64,000 nt of DNA, taken from NCBI GenBank assembly GCA_902526825.1, contig CABZMN010000002.1, positions 90,265-154,264 of the forward strand, given 5' to 3'. Shown here one piece after another: positions 9,305 to 19,644 of the stretch; the first letter of the stretch is position 1, and each line of letters begins with the position of its first letter. A program made the translations under genes and the position numbers. The notes under the pieces are model-generated. The model made no database searches and was not told the DNA's origin. It saw only the letters and a program-made list of their open reading frames with translations. Source of the DNA: an uncultured Candidatus Actinomarina sp. GTDB lineage: Bacteria; Actinomycetota; Acidimicrobiia; Actinomarinales; Actinomarinaceae.

Positions 9305-9785
9305 GAGAACTCATTCCTGGGACCCACCTAAAGACGTTGCAGAAACTCTATTAAATCTGGACAAAGAAGGTCGAAGAGAGTATTTAAGAGAACTACCACC
9401 AGACTCATCAGGCATTGGTTCATTAATGGGATTTTCAAAAATCGAAATAGATGATGACGGCCATACCTCTTTCTACTGTAAACCAGCGGAATATCACTAT
9501 AACCCAATTGGAAGTGTCCATGGAGGTCTTGCAGCCACACTTCTTGACTCATGCAACAGCATCTCAGCTCAATGTAATTTGGATAAAGGATTTATTGCTT
9601 TAACGACTGATATTAAAGTTAATTATTTAAGTCAGATAACTGTGGACACTGGTGAGATTGTAGCAACCGGAAGAATAGATAAATTAGGTAGAAAAGTTAT
9701 TTTTGTAACAGGAGAGCTAAGAGACATGAACGGAAAACTTTTAGCTACAGCATCATCCACTGAACTTGTTGTTCAGATTTTCTAA
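9297..9785 (+). CDS. PaaI-family hotdog-fold thioesterase
   Basis: 162 aa. [14 protein letters not shown] motif. Its start overlaps the acs stop by 8 nt. Confidence 0.7.
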   Translation: MSERTHSWDPPKDVAETLLNLDKEGRREYLRELPPDSSGIGSLMGFSKIEIDDDGHTSFYCKPAEYHYNPIGSVHGGLAATLLDSCNSISAQCNLDKGFIALTTDIKVNYLSQITVDTGEIVATGRIDKLGRKVIFVTGELRDMNGKLLATASSTELVVQIF

Positions 9786-9792
9786 CTATTTG

Positions 9793-9875
9793 TGCGGATG
9801 AGAGGACTCGAACCTCCACGAGCAAAGCTCACTAGATCCTAAATCTAGCGCGTCTACCAGTTCCGCCACATCCGC
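9793..9875 (-). tRNA. tRNA-Leu (anticodon TAG)
   Basis: The reverse complement folds as a cloverleaf: acceptor GCGGATG/CATCCGC, anticodon arm CTAGA-TTTAGGA-TCTAG, long variable arm, T-loop TTCGAGT. No encoded CCA. Confidence 0.9.
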
Positions 9876-9886
9876 TAAATGTCGCG

Positions 9887-9959
9887 TGGGTCGCCGGGGA
9901 CTTGAACCCCGAACCTGCGGATTAAGAGTCCGTTGCTCTGCCAATTGAGCTAGCGACCC
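9887..9959 (-). tRNA. tRNA-Lys (anticodon CTT)
   Basis: Reverse complement: acceptor GGGTCGC/GCGACCC, anticodon loop CTCTTAA, T-loop TTCAAGT. No encoded CCA. Confidence 0.9.
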
Positions 9960-10054
9960 TTTTTACAGATTAACTTAACTCATAATACTTAACTATAAAT
10001 TTTTTGATTTATTGTTTCCATAAAAGCGTTATCATGGAACAATAATTAGACGTG

Positions 10055-10129
10055 CGGGCTGTGGCTCAGCTTGGCTAGAGCGCCTGCTTTGGGAGCAGGA
10101 GGTCGTGAGTTCGAATCTCACCAGCCCGA
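10055..10129 (+). tRNA. tRNA-Pro (anticodon TGG)
   Basis: Acceptor CGGGCTG/CAGCCCG, anticodon arm CCTGC-TTTGGGA-GCAGG, T-loop TTCGAAT. Confidence 0.9.
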
Positions 10130-10134
10130 CTAGC

Positions 10135-10205
10135 GCGGGTGTAGCTTAATGGCAAAGCTCCAGCCTTCCAAGCTGGCTATGAGGGTTCGATTCCCTTCAC
10201 CCGCT
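10135..10205 (+). tRNA. tRNA-Gly (anticodon TCC)
   Basis: Acceptor GCGGGTG/CACCCGC, anticodon arm CCAGC-CTTCCAA-GCTGG, T-loop TTCGATT. Confidence 0.9.
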
Positions 10206-10211
10206 CGAGAG

Positions 10212-10285
10212 GCTCTCGTAGCTCAAATGGATAGAGCAACAGACTTCTAATCTGTAGGTTATAGGTTCGAGTCCTATCGAGAGCG
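10212..10285 (+). tRNA. tRNA-Arg (anticodon TCT)
   Basis: Acceptor GCTCTCG/CGAGAGC, anticodon arm ACAGA-CTTCTAA-TCTGT, T-loop TTCGAGT. Confidence 0.9.
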
Positions 10286-10289
10286 CCGT

Positions 10290-10368
10290 GGTGATCGTAG
10301 CTCAGTTTGGTTAGAGCGCCTGGTTGTGGTCCAGGAGGTCGCGGGTTCGAATCCCGTCGGTCACCCCA
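10290..10368 (+). tRNA. tRNA-His (anticodon GTG) with encoded G-1 and CCA
   Basis: G-1 at 10290 lies opposite C73. Acceptor GTGATCG/CGGTCAC, anticodon arm CCTGG-TTGTGGT-CCAGG. CCA at 10366-10368. Confidence 0.9.
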
Positions 10369-10386
10369 CCTTATTTAGGAGAACAA

Positions 10387-11703
10387 TTGAAATATAAAGT
10401 AAAGAATGCCGGTGATTTTGAAAAACAACTTGATATAAAAGTTGATTTCCAAGATCTTGAACAGTACAAGAATGAAGCAATAAATAAAATATCAAAAAAT
10501 TTGAATATTAAAGGGTTCAGACCTGGAAAAATACCAGCAAACATAGTTACCAGAGAGGTTGGAGAAGATGCAATCAATGAAGAGGCAATTGAGATGTATC
10601 TTCCAGAAAATCTCTTCACGATTTTAAAAGATGAAGAAATAAATCCAGCTACAAGACCGGTGATTAAAAAGATTGAGAAGAAAGATAAAAATTATGATAT
10701 CGAGGTACTAATTACTCTTTGGCCTGCACTATCAAAACTTCCTAAATTAGATCAAGAAGTTGAAGTTGAATCCATAAAACCTACAGATGACGAAATGGAT
10801 GATCAGATAGATAGAGTCCGATCACAATTTGCTGAAGTCTCAAAAGTTGAAAGATCCCTAGATAATGGAGATTATGGATTGGTCAATATTTCAGGAAGCA
10901 AAAATGGAGAGGAAGTAAAAGACTTTGTATACAACGATTACCTATACGAAGTTGGTACAAATATGCTAACCCAACAACTTGATTCAAAGTTGATTGGTGT
11001 TTCTCCAGGAGCAATTGTTAAATTTAACGATAATATTCCACAATTACAGCTAGAAGATGTTGAGATAACAGTTTTAGTGAAAGAAGTAAGGGAAAAGATC
11101 CTTCCTGACTTTACCGATGAATGGGTTTCTGACACGACAGAATTTGATGATATTAAACACTTAAGGGAAGAACTAGAAAAAAATATTGAGATGATAAAAA
11201 AAAGACAAGTTGCTTCTCAGTATCAAGCCGAACTAACAAATAAATTGATTGAAGAGGCCAAAATAGCCTTACCCGAACAATTAGTGATTGCTGAAATGGA
11301 TAGTATTCTTCAAAATTTTATTGCCGAGTTAGCTCAAAATAATATAAAAATGGAAGACTATTTTCAAGTCACTGGCTTAACTGAAGAAGCTTTAAGGGAT
11401 GATTTGAACAAGCAGGCAACAAGAAATTTAACAATGGTAGTTATATTGGATAAGGTTATTGAGGATTTAGATCTCAAATTGGAAAAAGAAGATACCGATC
11501 TTATCGAGGAACATTTAAAGACTCTGGAAAGTGATGATGAAGTTGAAATTACTACTCGTAGATTAAATTTAGAGGCTGAATCACTGAGAAATAAGGCTAT
11601 GTTACATGTTTTGAAGTCCGGAAGCTCAGTTGACCAAAATGGTGAAAAAGTATATCTTCAAGATGTGTACAATCAAGATACAGATATAAGAGAGGAAGAA
11701 TAA
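10387..11703 (+). CDS. tig: trigger factor
   Basis: GFRPGKIP ribosome-binding signature, and position upstream of clpP-clpX. The ORF-track start at 10324 overlaps tRNA-His. TTG 10387 is preceded by AGGAG (10377-10381). Confidence 0.85.
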   Translation: MKYKVKNAGDFEKQLDIKVDFQDLEQYKNEAINKISKNLNIKGFRPGKIPANIVTREVGEDAINEEAIEMYLPENLFTILKDEEINPATRPVIKKIEKKDKNYDIEVLITLWPALSKLPKLDQEVEVESIKPTDDEMDDQIDRVRSQFAEVSKVERSLDNGDYGLVNISGSKNGEEVKDFVYNDYLYEVGTNMLTQQLDSKLIGVSPGAIVKFNDNIPQLQLEDVEITVLVKEVREKILPDFTDEWVSDTTEFDDIKHLREELEKNIEMIKKRQVASQYQAELTNKLIEEAKIALPEQLVIAEMDSILQNFIAELAQNNIKMEDYFQVTGLTEEALRDDLNKQATRNLTMVVILDKVIEDLDLKLEKEDTDLIEEHLKTLESDDEVEITTRRLNLEAESLRNKAMLHVLKSGSSVDQNGEKVYLQDVYNQDTDIREEE

Positions 11704-11704
11704 C

Positions 11705-12322
11705 ATGAAAAAAGAGCCTTCAAATTATGTTGTACCTACAGTTATTGAGAACACAAATAGAGGCGAAAGAGCTTTCGATATTTATTCAAGGCTTTTAAAA
11801 GATAGAATAATATTTCTTGGTACTCCTATTGATGATGGAGTCGCAAACCTAATTATGGCACAGCTTTTACACTTAGAGTCAGAAGACCCTGATAAAGATA
11901 TCTACGTATATATAAACTCTCCAGGTGGCTCAATTACATCATTGTTTGCAATTTATGACACAATGAAATACATTAAGCCAGACGTTGCAACAGTCTGTAT
12001 GGGACTTGCTGCTTCAGCTGGTGCTGTTATTTTAGCTGGTGGAACCCCGGGTAAAAGATACTCACTTCCACATGCAAGAATTATGTTGCACCAACCAGCA
12101 GGAGGTGCTGAAGGAACCTCGAAAGACATTGAAATTCAAGCAAAATTGATTACAGATATGAGGAATCAAATTAATGGTCTTTTGGCAGATTTTACTAAGA
12201 AAGATATTGAGCAAATTTCAGTCGATACAGATAGAGATTTTTGGATGACCGCGCAAGAAGCGTTGGAATACGGTATAGTAGATGAAGTACTAACTCAAAG
12301 GGAGTTAGCAGACAAAAAATAA
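11705..12322 (+). CDS. clpP: ATP-dependent Clp protease proteolytic subunit
   Basis: 205 aa. [15 protein letters not shown] (active-site Ser), MLHQP (His). Confidence 0.95.
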   Translation: MKKEPSNYVVPTVIENTNRGERAFDIYSRLLKDRIIFLGTPIDDGVANLIMAQLLHLESEDPDKDIYVYINSPGGSITSLFAIYDTMKYIKPDVATVCMGLAASAGAVILAGGTPGKRYSLPHARIMLHQPAGGAEGTSKDIEIQAKLITDMRNQINGLLADFTKKDIEQISVDTDRDFWMTAQEALEYGIVDEVLTQRELADKK

Positions 12323-12337
12323 CAACAGGGTAAGGTT

Positions 12338-13606
12338 ATGGCTAGCAAAGAATCATCAACTGATCCGTTAAAATGTAGTTTTTGTGGAAAATCACAAAAA
12401 CAAGTTATCAAGCTCATTGCTGGGCCAGGCGTTTACATTTGTGATGAATGTATTGAATTATGTGTTGAAATTATTGAAGAGGAAAAGGTAGAAACACTAG
12501 AGGCTACAAGTGAAACTCATCTTCCTCTTCCAAAAGAAATTGATCATGCTTTAAACGAATTCGTTATTGGTCAAACCGAAGCAAAAAAGACTCTATCTGT
12601 AGCTGTTTATAACCACTATAAGAGAATATACAAAGATGACGCAAAAAATGATGATCTTGAAATTCAAAAATCTAACGTTTTAATACTTGGACCAACTGGA
12701 AGTGGTAAAACATTATTAGCTCAAACTTTGGCAAAGATACTACAAGTACCTTTTGCCATAGCAGATGCTACAACATTAACTGAAGCTGGTTACGTAGGTG
12801 AAGATGTTGAAAATATTCTTTTAACCTTGATTCAAGCTGCAGACTTTGATATCAAGAAGGCTGAAAAGGGAATTATTTATATTGATGAAATTGATAAAAT
12901 TACCAGAAAGTCTGACAATCCATCAATTACAAGAGATGTCTCAGGAGAAGGTGTTCAGCAAGCATTACTTAAAATCTTAGAAGGCACCACAGCTCAAGTA
13001 CCTCCTCAAGGTGGAAGGAAGCATCCACAACAGGAATATTTACAGATAGACACCACAAATATTTTATTTATTGTTGGTGGAGCATTTGATGGTCTTGATC
13101 AAATAATTGGAAAAAGACTTGGAGATAACTCAATTGGGTTTAATACAAACCTGAATAATATTGATAAAGTTAATCAAAGCAAAATATTTGATAATGTTGA
13201 ACCAAAAGATCTGAGAAGATATGGATTGATCCCAGAGTTTATCGGAAGACTACCAGTTGTAACAAGTGTTAATGAATTAGACAAAGAAGCATTAATCAAG
13301 ATACTTGTTGAACCAAAAAATGCAATTACTAAACAATTTAAGAAAATTTTCGAGTTGGATGATGTTGAGCTTACGTTTACAGACGGTGCTCTTGAGGCAA
13401 TGGCCGAACTTGCTCTTGAACGAAAAACTGGAGCTAGAGGATTAAGGTCAATAATTGAAAAATTACTTCTTGATGAAATGTTTGAAGCTCCTTCAAGGAA
13501 AGATATTGAAAAAATCATAATTGATAAAGAAAATGTAATTGATGATATCCAACCAAAAATGGTTTTAAAACAAAGTAAAGACAAAAAAGACTCCAAACCA
13601 GCCTGA
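12338..13606 (+). CDS. clpX: ATP-dependent Clp protease ATP-binding subunit ClpX
   Basis: N-terminal zinc finger CSFCGK...CDEC, Walker [17 protein letters not shown]. Confidence 0.95.
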   Translation: MASKESSTDPLKCSFCGKSQKQVIKLIAGPGVYICDECIELCVEIIEEEKVETLEATSETHLPLPKEIDHALNEFVIGQTEAKKTLSVAVYNHYKRIYKDDAKNDDLEIQKSNVLILGPTGSGKTLLAQTLAKILQVPFAIADATTLTEAGYVGEDVENILLTLIQAADFDIKKAEKGIIYIDEIDKITRKSDNPSITRDVSGEGVQQALLKILEGTTAQVPPQGGRKHPQQEYLQIDTTNILFIVGGAFDGLDQIIGKRLGDNSIGFNTNLNNIDKVNQSKIFDNVEPKDLRRYGLIPEFIGRLPVVTSVNELDKEALIKILVEPKNAITKQFKKIFELDDVELTFTDGALEAMAELALERKTGARGLRSIIEKLLLDEMFEAPSRKDIEKIIIDKENVIDDIQPKMVLKQSKDKKDSKPA

Positions 13607-13610
13607 ATCT

Positions 13611-16208
13611 ATGCTTGAAGATTCATATGAGCCATTAAGCATTGAACAAAAATGGCAATCAGAGTGGGAATTAAAAAATCAATTCAAACCAGTTGAATCA
13701 GATAAGCAGTTTTCGATTGTAATTCCGCCGCCAAACGTAACTGGTTCATTACATATGGGTCATGCCTTAGAGCATTCAATAATTGATGTTATAGTCCGAA
13801 TAAAAAGACTCCAGGGATTTGAAACATTGTGGGTTCCTGGAACCGATCATGCAGGGATCATTACGCAACTACTTGTCGAAAACGAATTATTAGAGAAGGG
13901 TCTATCAAAAGAAGATATTGGTCGTGAGAATTTTATCTCCAAAGTATGGGAGTGGAAAGAAAAATCAGGTGAAAACATATCAGGACAGATGAAAAAACTT
14001 GGTATGAGTTGTGATTGGTCAAGAGAAAGATTTACGATGGATGAAGGTTTATCAGCAGCTGTTAGACAAGTTTTTGTAACCCTCTATGACTCTGGGTTCA
14101 TTTATAAAGGTTCAAGAATGGTTAATTGGGATACAAAACTAATGTCTGCAGTCTCAGACCTTGAGGTCAACCTTGAGGAACAAACAGGTAAACTCTGGAG
14201 TGTTAAATATAAATGTGGTGATGAATTTATCACAATCGCTACTACTAGACCAGAGACTATTCTTGCTGATACAGCCGTTGCGGTAAACCCTGAAGATGAG
14301 AGATATAAGAGCTTTATTGGAAAAACAGCAATTATCCCAATAGTGAATAGAGAGGTTCCGATTATTGCCGATGAATATGTAGATAAAGAATTTGGTTCTG
14401 GATGTGTAAAGATAACACCTGCACATGATTTTAATGATTATGAGATCGGCTTGAAACACGATCTAGAAGTCATATGTTGTATGAAGCTAGATGGAACAAT
14501 GTCCAATGATCATTTCATGCCGGATAATTATAAAAATTTAGATAGATTTGAAGCAAGAGACCAGATAGTGAATGAGTTATCTGAATTAGGCTTCCTTGTC
14601 TCCGCTGATGATCATGTAATCCAATTACCAAAAGGAGATAGATCAAAAAGCATACTTGAACCAATGATCACCGACCAATGGTTTGTAAAGACAAAAGAGT
14701 TGGCTGATAGAGGTATCGCTGAAGTTGAGAATGAAAATATGAAGTTTATTCCAAAAAATTGGGAAAAAACTTATTTTGAGTGGATGTACAACATACAAGA
14801 TTGGTGTATTTCTAGACAAATTTGGTGGGGTCATCAGATTCCGGCATGGTATGACGAGGATGAAAACATCTATGTAGCTACGACTGAATCAGAGGTTAGA
14901 GCAAAATATAAACTCTCAGATGATTTGAAATTATCGCAAGATAAAGATGTTTTGGACACTTGGTTTTCATCAGCCTTATGGCCATTCTCCACTCTAGGTT
15001 GGCCTGAGGAAAGTACAGATTTAGAGAAATACTATCCAACCTCATTATTAGTAACAGGTTTTGACATAATCTTTTTCTGGGTAGCCAGAATGATAATGAT
15101 GGGTCTGAATTTTAATGACGATGTCCCGTTCAAGGACATATTGATTCATGGGCTGGTAAGAGATTCTAAAGGTAGAAAAATGTCAAAGAGTTTAAAAAAT
15201 ACAATTGATCCATTGGAGCTATCTGAAAAACATGGTGCAGATGCATTGCGCTTCTCATTAATAGAGAAAGCAGCTCCAGGACAAGATGTTCCTTTTGATG
15301 AAGAGTGGACAATTGCTGCAAAGAAATTTGGAAATAAACTATGGAATGCTGCAAAGTTTGTTCACTTGTACTCCCCAGAAGAAAAAAGAAATGATGAAAT
15401 TAAAGAAATAACTTGTCCCGAAAACGTATGGATTACGTCTAGATTTGATGAAGTCTTAGCTGAATTTAATGAATTATTTGAAAAATATAAAATATCAGAT
15501 GCATATAAGCTAATTTACAATTTTGTCTGGTCAGATTTGTTTGATTGGTATTTTGAGTTTTCAAAAAACTTAATTGATGAAGAGAAATCAAAAGATGAGA
15601 CTATGTTTGTACTTAGAACTACATTTTTAAAAAGTATAAAAATATTGAATCCTGCAATGCCTCACATAACTGAAGAAATTTGGTCAACCTTTGAGGATGA
15701 TCTTTTAATAAATAACACTTGGCCTGAAGTTGAAGGCAAAGAGTTGAACCCTGATGCTAAAGACGTTGAATATTTGAAAGAAGTTATTTCTCAAATAAGA
15801 AATTTTAAAGTTACCTATCAATTTAAAAATAAAGAAATATTAAAACTTAATTACAGTAAAGATGTTAGCCCTTGGTTTACAAAACAGTTAGAAAACATTG
15901 GAAATATAGAATTAAATCTTAATTCATCAGAGGATAAAAATAAAAAACAAGTTGTTTTTCAATCAGGAAACTATGAATTTTATCTTCTAGCCGAAGACTA
16001 TATCGATATTGATGTAGAAATTAAAAAGCTAGACAAGAAAATTGAAGATCTCTCCAAAACACTAGCTGTCTCTAGGTCGAGATTAGAAAATGAAAAATTT
16101 ATCGAAAATGCAAAAGAAGAATTAATTGAAAAAGAAAAACAAAATGTTATTGAAGTTGAAAACGAGATAGAGCTACTAAAACAGACACGGGATCAATTCA
16201 GTGTCTAA
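13611..16208 (+). CDS. valS: valyl-tRNA synthetase
   Basis: 865 aa. PPPNVTGSLHMGHA (HIGH motif), KMSKS, C-terminal coiled coil. Confidence 0.95.
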   Translation: MLEDSYEPLSIEQKWQSEWELKNQFKPVESDKQFSIVIPPPNVTGSLHMGHALEHSIIDVIVRIKRLQGFETLWVPGTDHAGIITQLLVENELLEKGLSKEDIGRENFISKVWEWKEKSGENISGQMKKLGMSCDWSRERFTMDEGLSAAVRQVFVTLYDSGFIYKGSRMVNWDTKLMSAVSDLEVNLEEQTGKLWSVKYKCGDEFITIATTRPETILADTAVAVNPEDERYKSFIGKTAIIPIVNREVPIIADEYVDKEFGSGCVKITPAHDFNDYEIGLKHDLEVICCMKLDGTMSNDHFMPDNYKNLDRFEARDQIVNELSELGFLVSADDHVIQLPKGDRSKSILEPMITDQWFVKTKELADRGIAEVENENMKFIPKNWEKTYFEWMYNIQDWCISRQIWWGHQIPAWYDEDENIYVATTESEVRAKYKLSDDLKLSQDKDVLDTWFSSALWPFSTLGWPEESTDLEKYYPTSLLVTGFDIIFFWVARMIMMGLNFNDDVPFKDILIHGLVRDSKGRKMSKSLKNTIDPLELSEKHGADALRFSLIEKAAPGQDVPFDEEWTIAAKKFGNKLWNAAKFVHLYSPEEKRNDEIKEITCPENVWITSRFDEVLAEFNELFEKYKISDAYKLIYNFVWSDLFDWYFEFSKNLIDEEKSKDETMFVLRTTFLKSIKILNPAMPHITEEIWSTFEDDLLINNTWPEVEGKELNPDAKDVEYLKEVISQIRNFKVTYQFKNKEILKLNYSKDVSPWFTKQLENIGNIELNLNSSEDKNKKQVVFQSGNYEFYLLAEDYIDIDVEIKKLDKKIEDLSKTLAVSRSRLENEKFIENAKEELIEKEKQNVIEVENEIELLKQTRDQFSV

Positions 16209-17355
16209 TGAATTCAAGATATATCTAAATTCAAAAATAGGAAAAAGAAATAAAAATTTAGAAGTCCTAAATTCTTTTTTCGAAAGTAACAAACTTCAAA
16301 TTTTAAAGGAAAAGTCAATTTCTATTGTTGGTACTAATGGCAAAACATCCTCCGCATTCTATTTAAATGAAATTTTCACAAAGAATGATATCTCAACTGT
16401 TTTATTTACTTCTCCTCATTTGGTTGAGGTAAATGAGCGAATAAAGATAAACAATAAAGTAATTTCAGATGAAAAGATTTCATTTTACATGGATGATTTA
16501 AAACAATTTGAAACTGAAAATAATATTGAACTTGGATATTTCGAGTCACTTTTTCTTACAAGTTGTAAATTATTTTTAGAAAGCAAAGCTGATTATTTTA
16601 TTGTCGAGGCAGGCATTGGAGGATTATATGACACTACTTCGATACTAAATGTAGATACAGTCTGTATTACTAACGTAAATTACGATCATATGGAATTGTT
16701 AGGTGAATCGTTAGAAGAAATTTTCTATCAAAAAATCCAAATATCAGACAATCCAAAACGTATTATTTTTGGTGATTCAAATTTATATAAAGTTCATAAA
16801 ACTTATGTGCATGATAAGTTTGATTTAACTGATAAAGATATATATTTGAATGATTTACAGAGCCAAAACAAGATGAGTCTAAATTTTGGAACAGCTTTAA
16901 AAATATTTGAATCAATCACTACAAATTTCGACGAAGACAAAACCAGTAGTATAGAAAGCTATCCAAAAGTTCCAGGGAGGTTTGAAGAAGTCTCAAAAAA
17001 TCCTATAAAAATTATTGATGGAGCCCATAATGCTTCAAGCTTAGAGATATTAGTTACTTTTATAGAGGAGAACCATACAATAAGTGATTTTGATATATAC
17101 ATTGGTATGAAAAAGGGAAAAAATATTTTTGAATTTATGAATAAAATTTTCATGAAGAATTTTAATCAAATTTATCTTATTGAAAATGATTCATTTTTTG
17201 AACAAACTAAAACATCAGATTTTGAAAACCACTTTAATGCAAATGGACTTACCTATAAGGTAGCAACTATTGGTGATTTTTATACATCAAAGAATCCATC
17301 TATATTGACGGGAAGTTTATATTTAATTGGTACATATAAAAAGGAATATTCATGA
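16201..17355 (+). CDS. folC: folylpolyglutamate synthase / dihydrofolate synthase
   Basis: GTNGKTS P-loop and Mur-ligase-like layout. GTG start overlaps the valS stop. Actinobacterial valS-folC-ndk synteny. Confidence 0.8.
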   Translation: MSNEFKIYLNSKIGKRNKNLEVLNSFFESNKLQILKEKSISIVGTNGKTSSAFYLNEIFTKNDISTVLFTSPHLVEVNERIKINNKVISDEKISFYMDDLKQFETENNIELGYFESLFLTSCKLFLESKADYFIVEAGIGGLYDTTSILNVDTVCITNVNYDHMELLGESLEEIFYQKIQISDNPKRIIFGDSNLYKVHKTYVHDKFDLTDKDIYLNDLQSQNKMSLNFGTALKIFESITTNFDEDKTSSIESYPKVPGRFEEVSKNPIKIIDGAHNASSLEILVTFIEENHTISDFDIYIGMKKGKNIFEFMNKIFMKNFNQIYLIENDSFFEQTKTSDFENHFNANGLTYKVATIGDFYTSKNPSILTGSLYLIGTYKKEYS

Positions 17356-17750
17356 AAACTTTCTTTATGGTAAAACCAGATGGTGTAAAAAGAAATATTG
17401 TTGGTCAAGTGATTGACCGTGTTGAGCAAGAGGGATTTAAAATAACAAAAATGAAAATGATGACAATAACTACGGACCTTGCCGAACAACACTATGGTGA
17501 ACACAAAGATAAACCATTCTTCCAAGATTTAGTTTCCTTCATAACAAGTGGCCCAGTTGTAGCCATGGAAGTTCAAGGAGAAAATGCTATAAGTGAAGTT
17601 CGTAGAATCATGGGTGCTACAAACCCAGCTGACGCAGACCCAGGGACAATAAGAGCAGATTTTGCAACCAAACTAGAAGAAAATGTAGTGCATGGTTCTG
17701 ATTCAGAAGAGAGTGCTGAGAGAGAATTAGGCCTTTTTTTTAACAATTAA
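17352..17750 (+). CDS. ndk: nucleoside diphosphate kinase
   Basis: 132 aa. KPDGV and NVVHGSDS (catalytic His). ATGA overlap with folC. Confidence 0.93.
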   Translation: MKTFFMVKPDGVKRNIVGQVIDRVEQEGFKITKMKMMTITTDLAEQHYGEHKDKPFFQDLVSFITSGPVVAMEVQGENAISEVRRIMGATNPADADPGTIRADFATKLEENVVHGSDSEESAERELGLFFNN

Positions 17751-17794
17751 ATTTCTATTTAATTTGATTATTCAGTCTATTAATCTAGATATAC

Positions 17795-18838
17795 ATGGCT
17801 GGAATTAATTTAAGAAGATCGCTTTTTGGTGGTAACGATATCGCTATAGATTTAGGGACTGCCAACACTTTGATATATGTCAAAGGCGTTGGAATAATGG
17901 TTGATGAACCAACTCTAATTGCGGTAAATAAAGAGGATGGTTCAATCCTAACTGTTGGTGAAGAGGCTAAAAAACTTGTTGGTCGTGTTCCTGACTCAAT
18001 TAAATTAGTTAAACCCCTAAGAGATGGTGTGATTTCTGAAATAGATATGGCTGAAGAGCTTGTAAAAACCTTATTAACAAGAGCCATAGGAAGGTCATAT
18101 TCGAGACCAAGAATTGTTATGTGTGTTCCAAATGGTGTTACGAGTGTTGAGCAAAGATCAATCGAAACTGCAGCTCACGGAACAGGTGCTTCAGAAGTAT
18201 TTACAGTAGAAGAACCAATGGCAGCTTCAATAGGTGCAGGCCTTCAGATATATGAACCTTTTGGAAATATGGTCATTGATATTGGCGGTGGAACAACAGA
18301 AATAGCTGTAATTTCAATGGGAGATATAGTAAACGCTAACTCCATAAGAGTTGGAGGAGAGGATATGACAGACAGGCTCATTGAGTGGTTAAGAGCAGAG
18401 CATTCAATGTTGGTCGATGAAGGAATTGCTGAATCTCTTAAGCATGCTGTTGGGTCTGCATATCAATTTGATAAGGAGCCACAAGTAACTGTGACAGGTC
18501 GAGATATTGTCAAAGGTGTACCAAAACAAGTTCTATTGGAAGCATCAGATGTTAGAAATGCATTAAGTCCAGTTGTACAAGATATAATAGAAGCTATTAG
18601 AATTTCTCTTTCTCAAACACCACCTGCACTTGTTTCAGATATAGACAAACATGGTGCATGGTTGACTGGTGGTGGGTCTCTTCTTAAACAACTAGATAGA
18701 AAGATAGCTGAAGAACTTGGTATCCCTATAAATATGACAGAGGATCCATTAAGTACAGTTGTAGTTGGATCGGGTATTTGTTTAGAGAGGTTTGATGATT
18801 ACAATTCCGTACTCAAATCATCTCCAAAACCTAACTAA
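17795..18838 (+). CDS. mreB: rod shape-determining actin homologue MreB
   Basis: IDLGTANT and DIGGGTTE phosphate-binding motifs. Confidence 0.95.
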   Translation: MAGINLRRSLFGGNDIAIDLGTANTLIYVKGVGIMVDEPTLIAVNKEDGSILTVGEEAKKLVGRVPDSIKLVKPLRDGVISEIDMAEELVKTLLTRAIGRSYSRPRIVMCVPNGVTSVEQRSIETAAHGTGASEVFTVEEPMAASIGAGLQIYEPFGNMVIDIGGGTTEIAVISMGDIVNANSIRVGGEDMTDRLIEWLRAEHSMLVDEGIAESLKHAVGSAYQFDKEPQVTVTGRDIVKGVPKQVLLEASDVRNALSPVVQDIIEAIRISLSQTPPALVSDIDKHGAWLTGGGSLLKQLDRKIAEELGIPINMTEDPLSTVVVGSGICLERFDDYNSVLKSSPKPN

Positions 18839-18840
18839 AT

Positions 18841-19644
18841 ATGAAAGATGGCAATCTAAGAGTAAGAAATTATATTATTTATGTTATTTTTATATTGTTT
18901 TCCTTTTCTGTAATGATTTTGGACTTTTTTTCAAACCAAGAAATATCCTCAACTATTTCAAAAAGAATGAATTTTTTAATTCCTTCAAGCGTAAATTTTC
19001 CAGATTATTTGGAATTTTTTGATACTGAATTGTTCCAAACAAGAAATAATTTGATAAATGAAAACATACGTCTGAAGAATGAAGTTTTAGAATTAAGAAA
19101 ACTGAAAATCGAAAATGATATCTTGAAAGAAGAAATAGATGCAAACAAAAATCTTATCGAATCTGTTGACACCACAAACTATATTTATATAAAAACTACA
19201 GCATTCATTAAAAATAATGAAAATAAATATCTTGTATCAGGAGGTTATGATAAAAATTTTGAAAAGAACGACATTGTTATCAATGAAGAGGGCTTTGTCG
19301 TCGGATTCATAGATAAAATTTTTCAAAACCACTCTGAAATTGTTTTTTTAGACGATGTCGATTTTTCAATGCCAGGTTTAGATAGGTTTGGAAATGAATA
19401 TTTAATACAAAACAATGGAAGCCAATTGTCGGTATACACAACATCAGTAAATGAATTAACCGCAAATATTGACATCATATTTACGGCTTCTATATTTGAT
19501 CAGCCAGGAAGATTCCCTATTGTATCTCTATCAGATGCAAAAATCACAGTTGATGACAATAAAATAACTTCAATTATAGATTTAGAAGAAATAAGTTATT
19601 CCTTTACTGATATTTATATAGTTAAGACAAATGATTTACCTTAG
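18841..19644 (+). CDS. mreC: rod shape-determining protein MreC
   Basis: N-terminal TM segment, coiled coil (NIRLKNEVLELRKLKIEND), position after mreB. Confidence 0.75.
   Translation: MKDGNLRVRNYIIYVIFILFSFSVMILDFFSNQEISSTISKRMNFLIPSSVNFPDYLEFFDTELFQTRNNLINENIRLKNEVLELRKLKIENDILKEEIDANKNLIESVDTTNYIYIKTTAFIKNNENKYLVSGGYDKNFEKNDIVINEEGFVVGFIDKIFQNHSEIVFLDDVDFSMPGLDRFGNEYLIQNNGSQLSVYTTSVNELTANIDIIFTASIFDQPGRFPIVSLSDAKITVDDNKITSIIDLEEISYSFTDIYIVKTNDLP

Noticed and set aside
10324-10386. ORF-track N-terminal extension of trigger factor (MWSRRSRVRIPSVTPPYLGEQ)
   Set aside because: This stretch is the 3' half of tRNA-His read as protein. The in-frame TTG at 10387 with an AGGAG upstream is a better start.
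13560-13611. T-box or riboswitch leaders upstream of valS, leuS, glyQS, serC, proB and pdxH
   Set aside because: The spacers before these genes are 0-40 nt or negative, which is too short for any known leader RNA.
18792-19022. Small same-strand overlapping ORFs: 18792-19022 across mreB/mreC, 24874-25080 inside rpmA, 1122-1451, 48588-48782, 55198-55383, 57712-57906
   Set aside because: These are alternative frames of well-supported genes, with no RBS or motif support.
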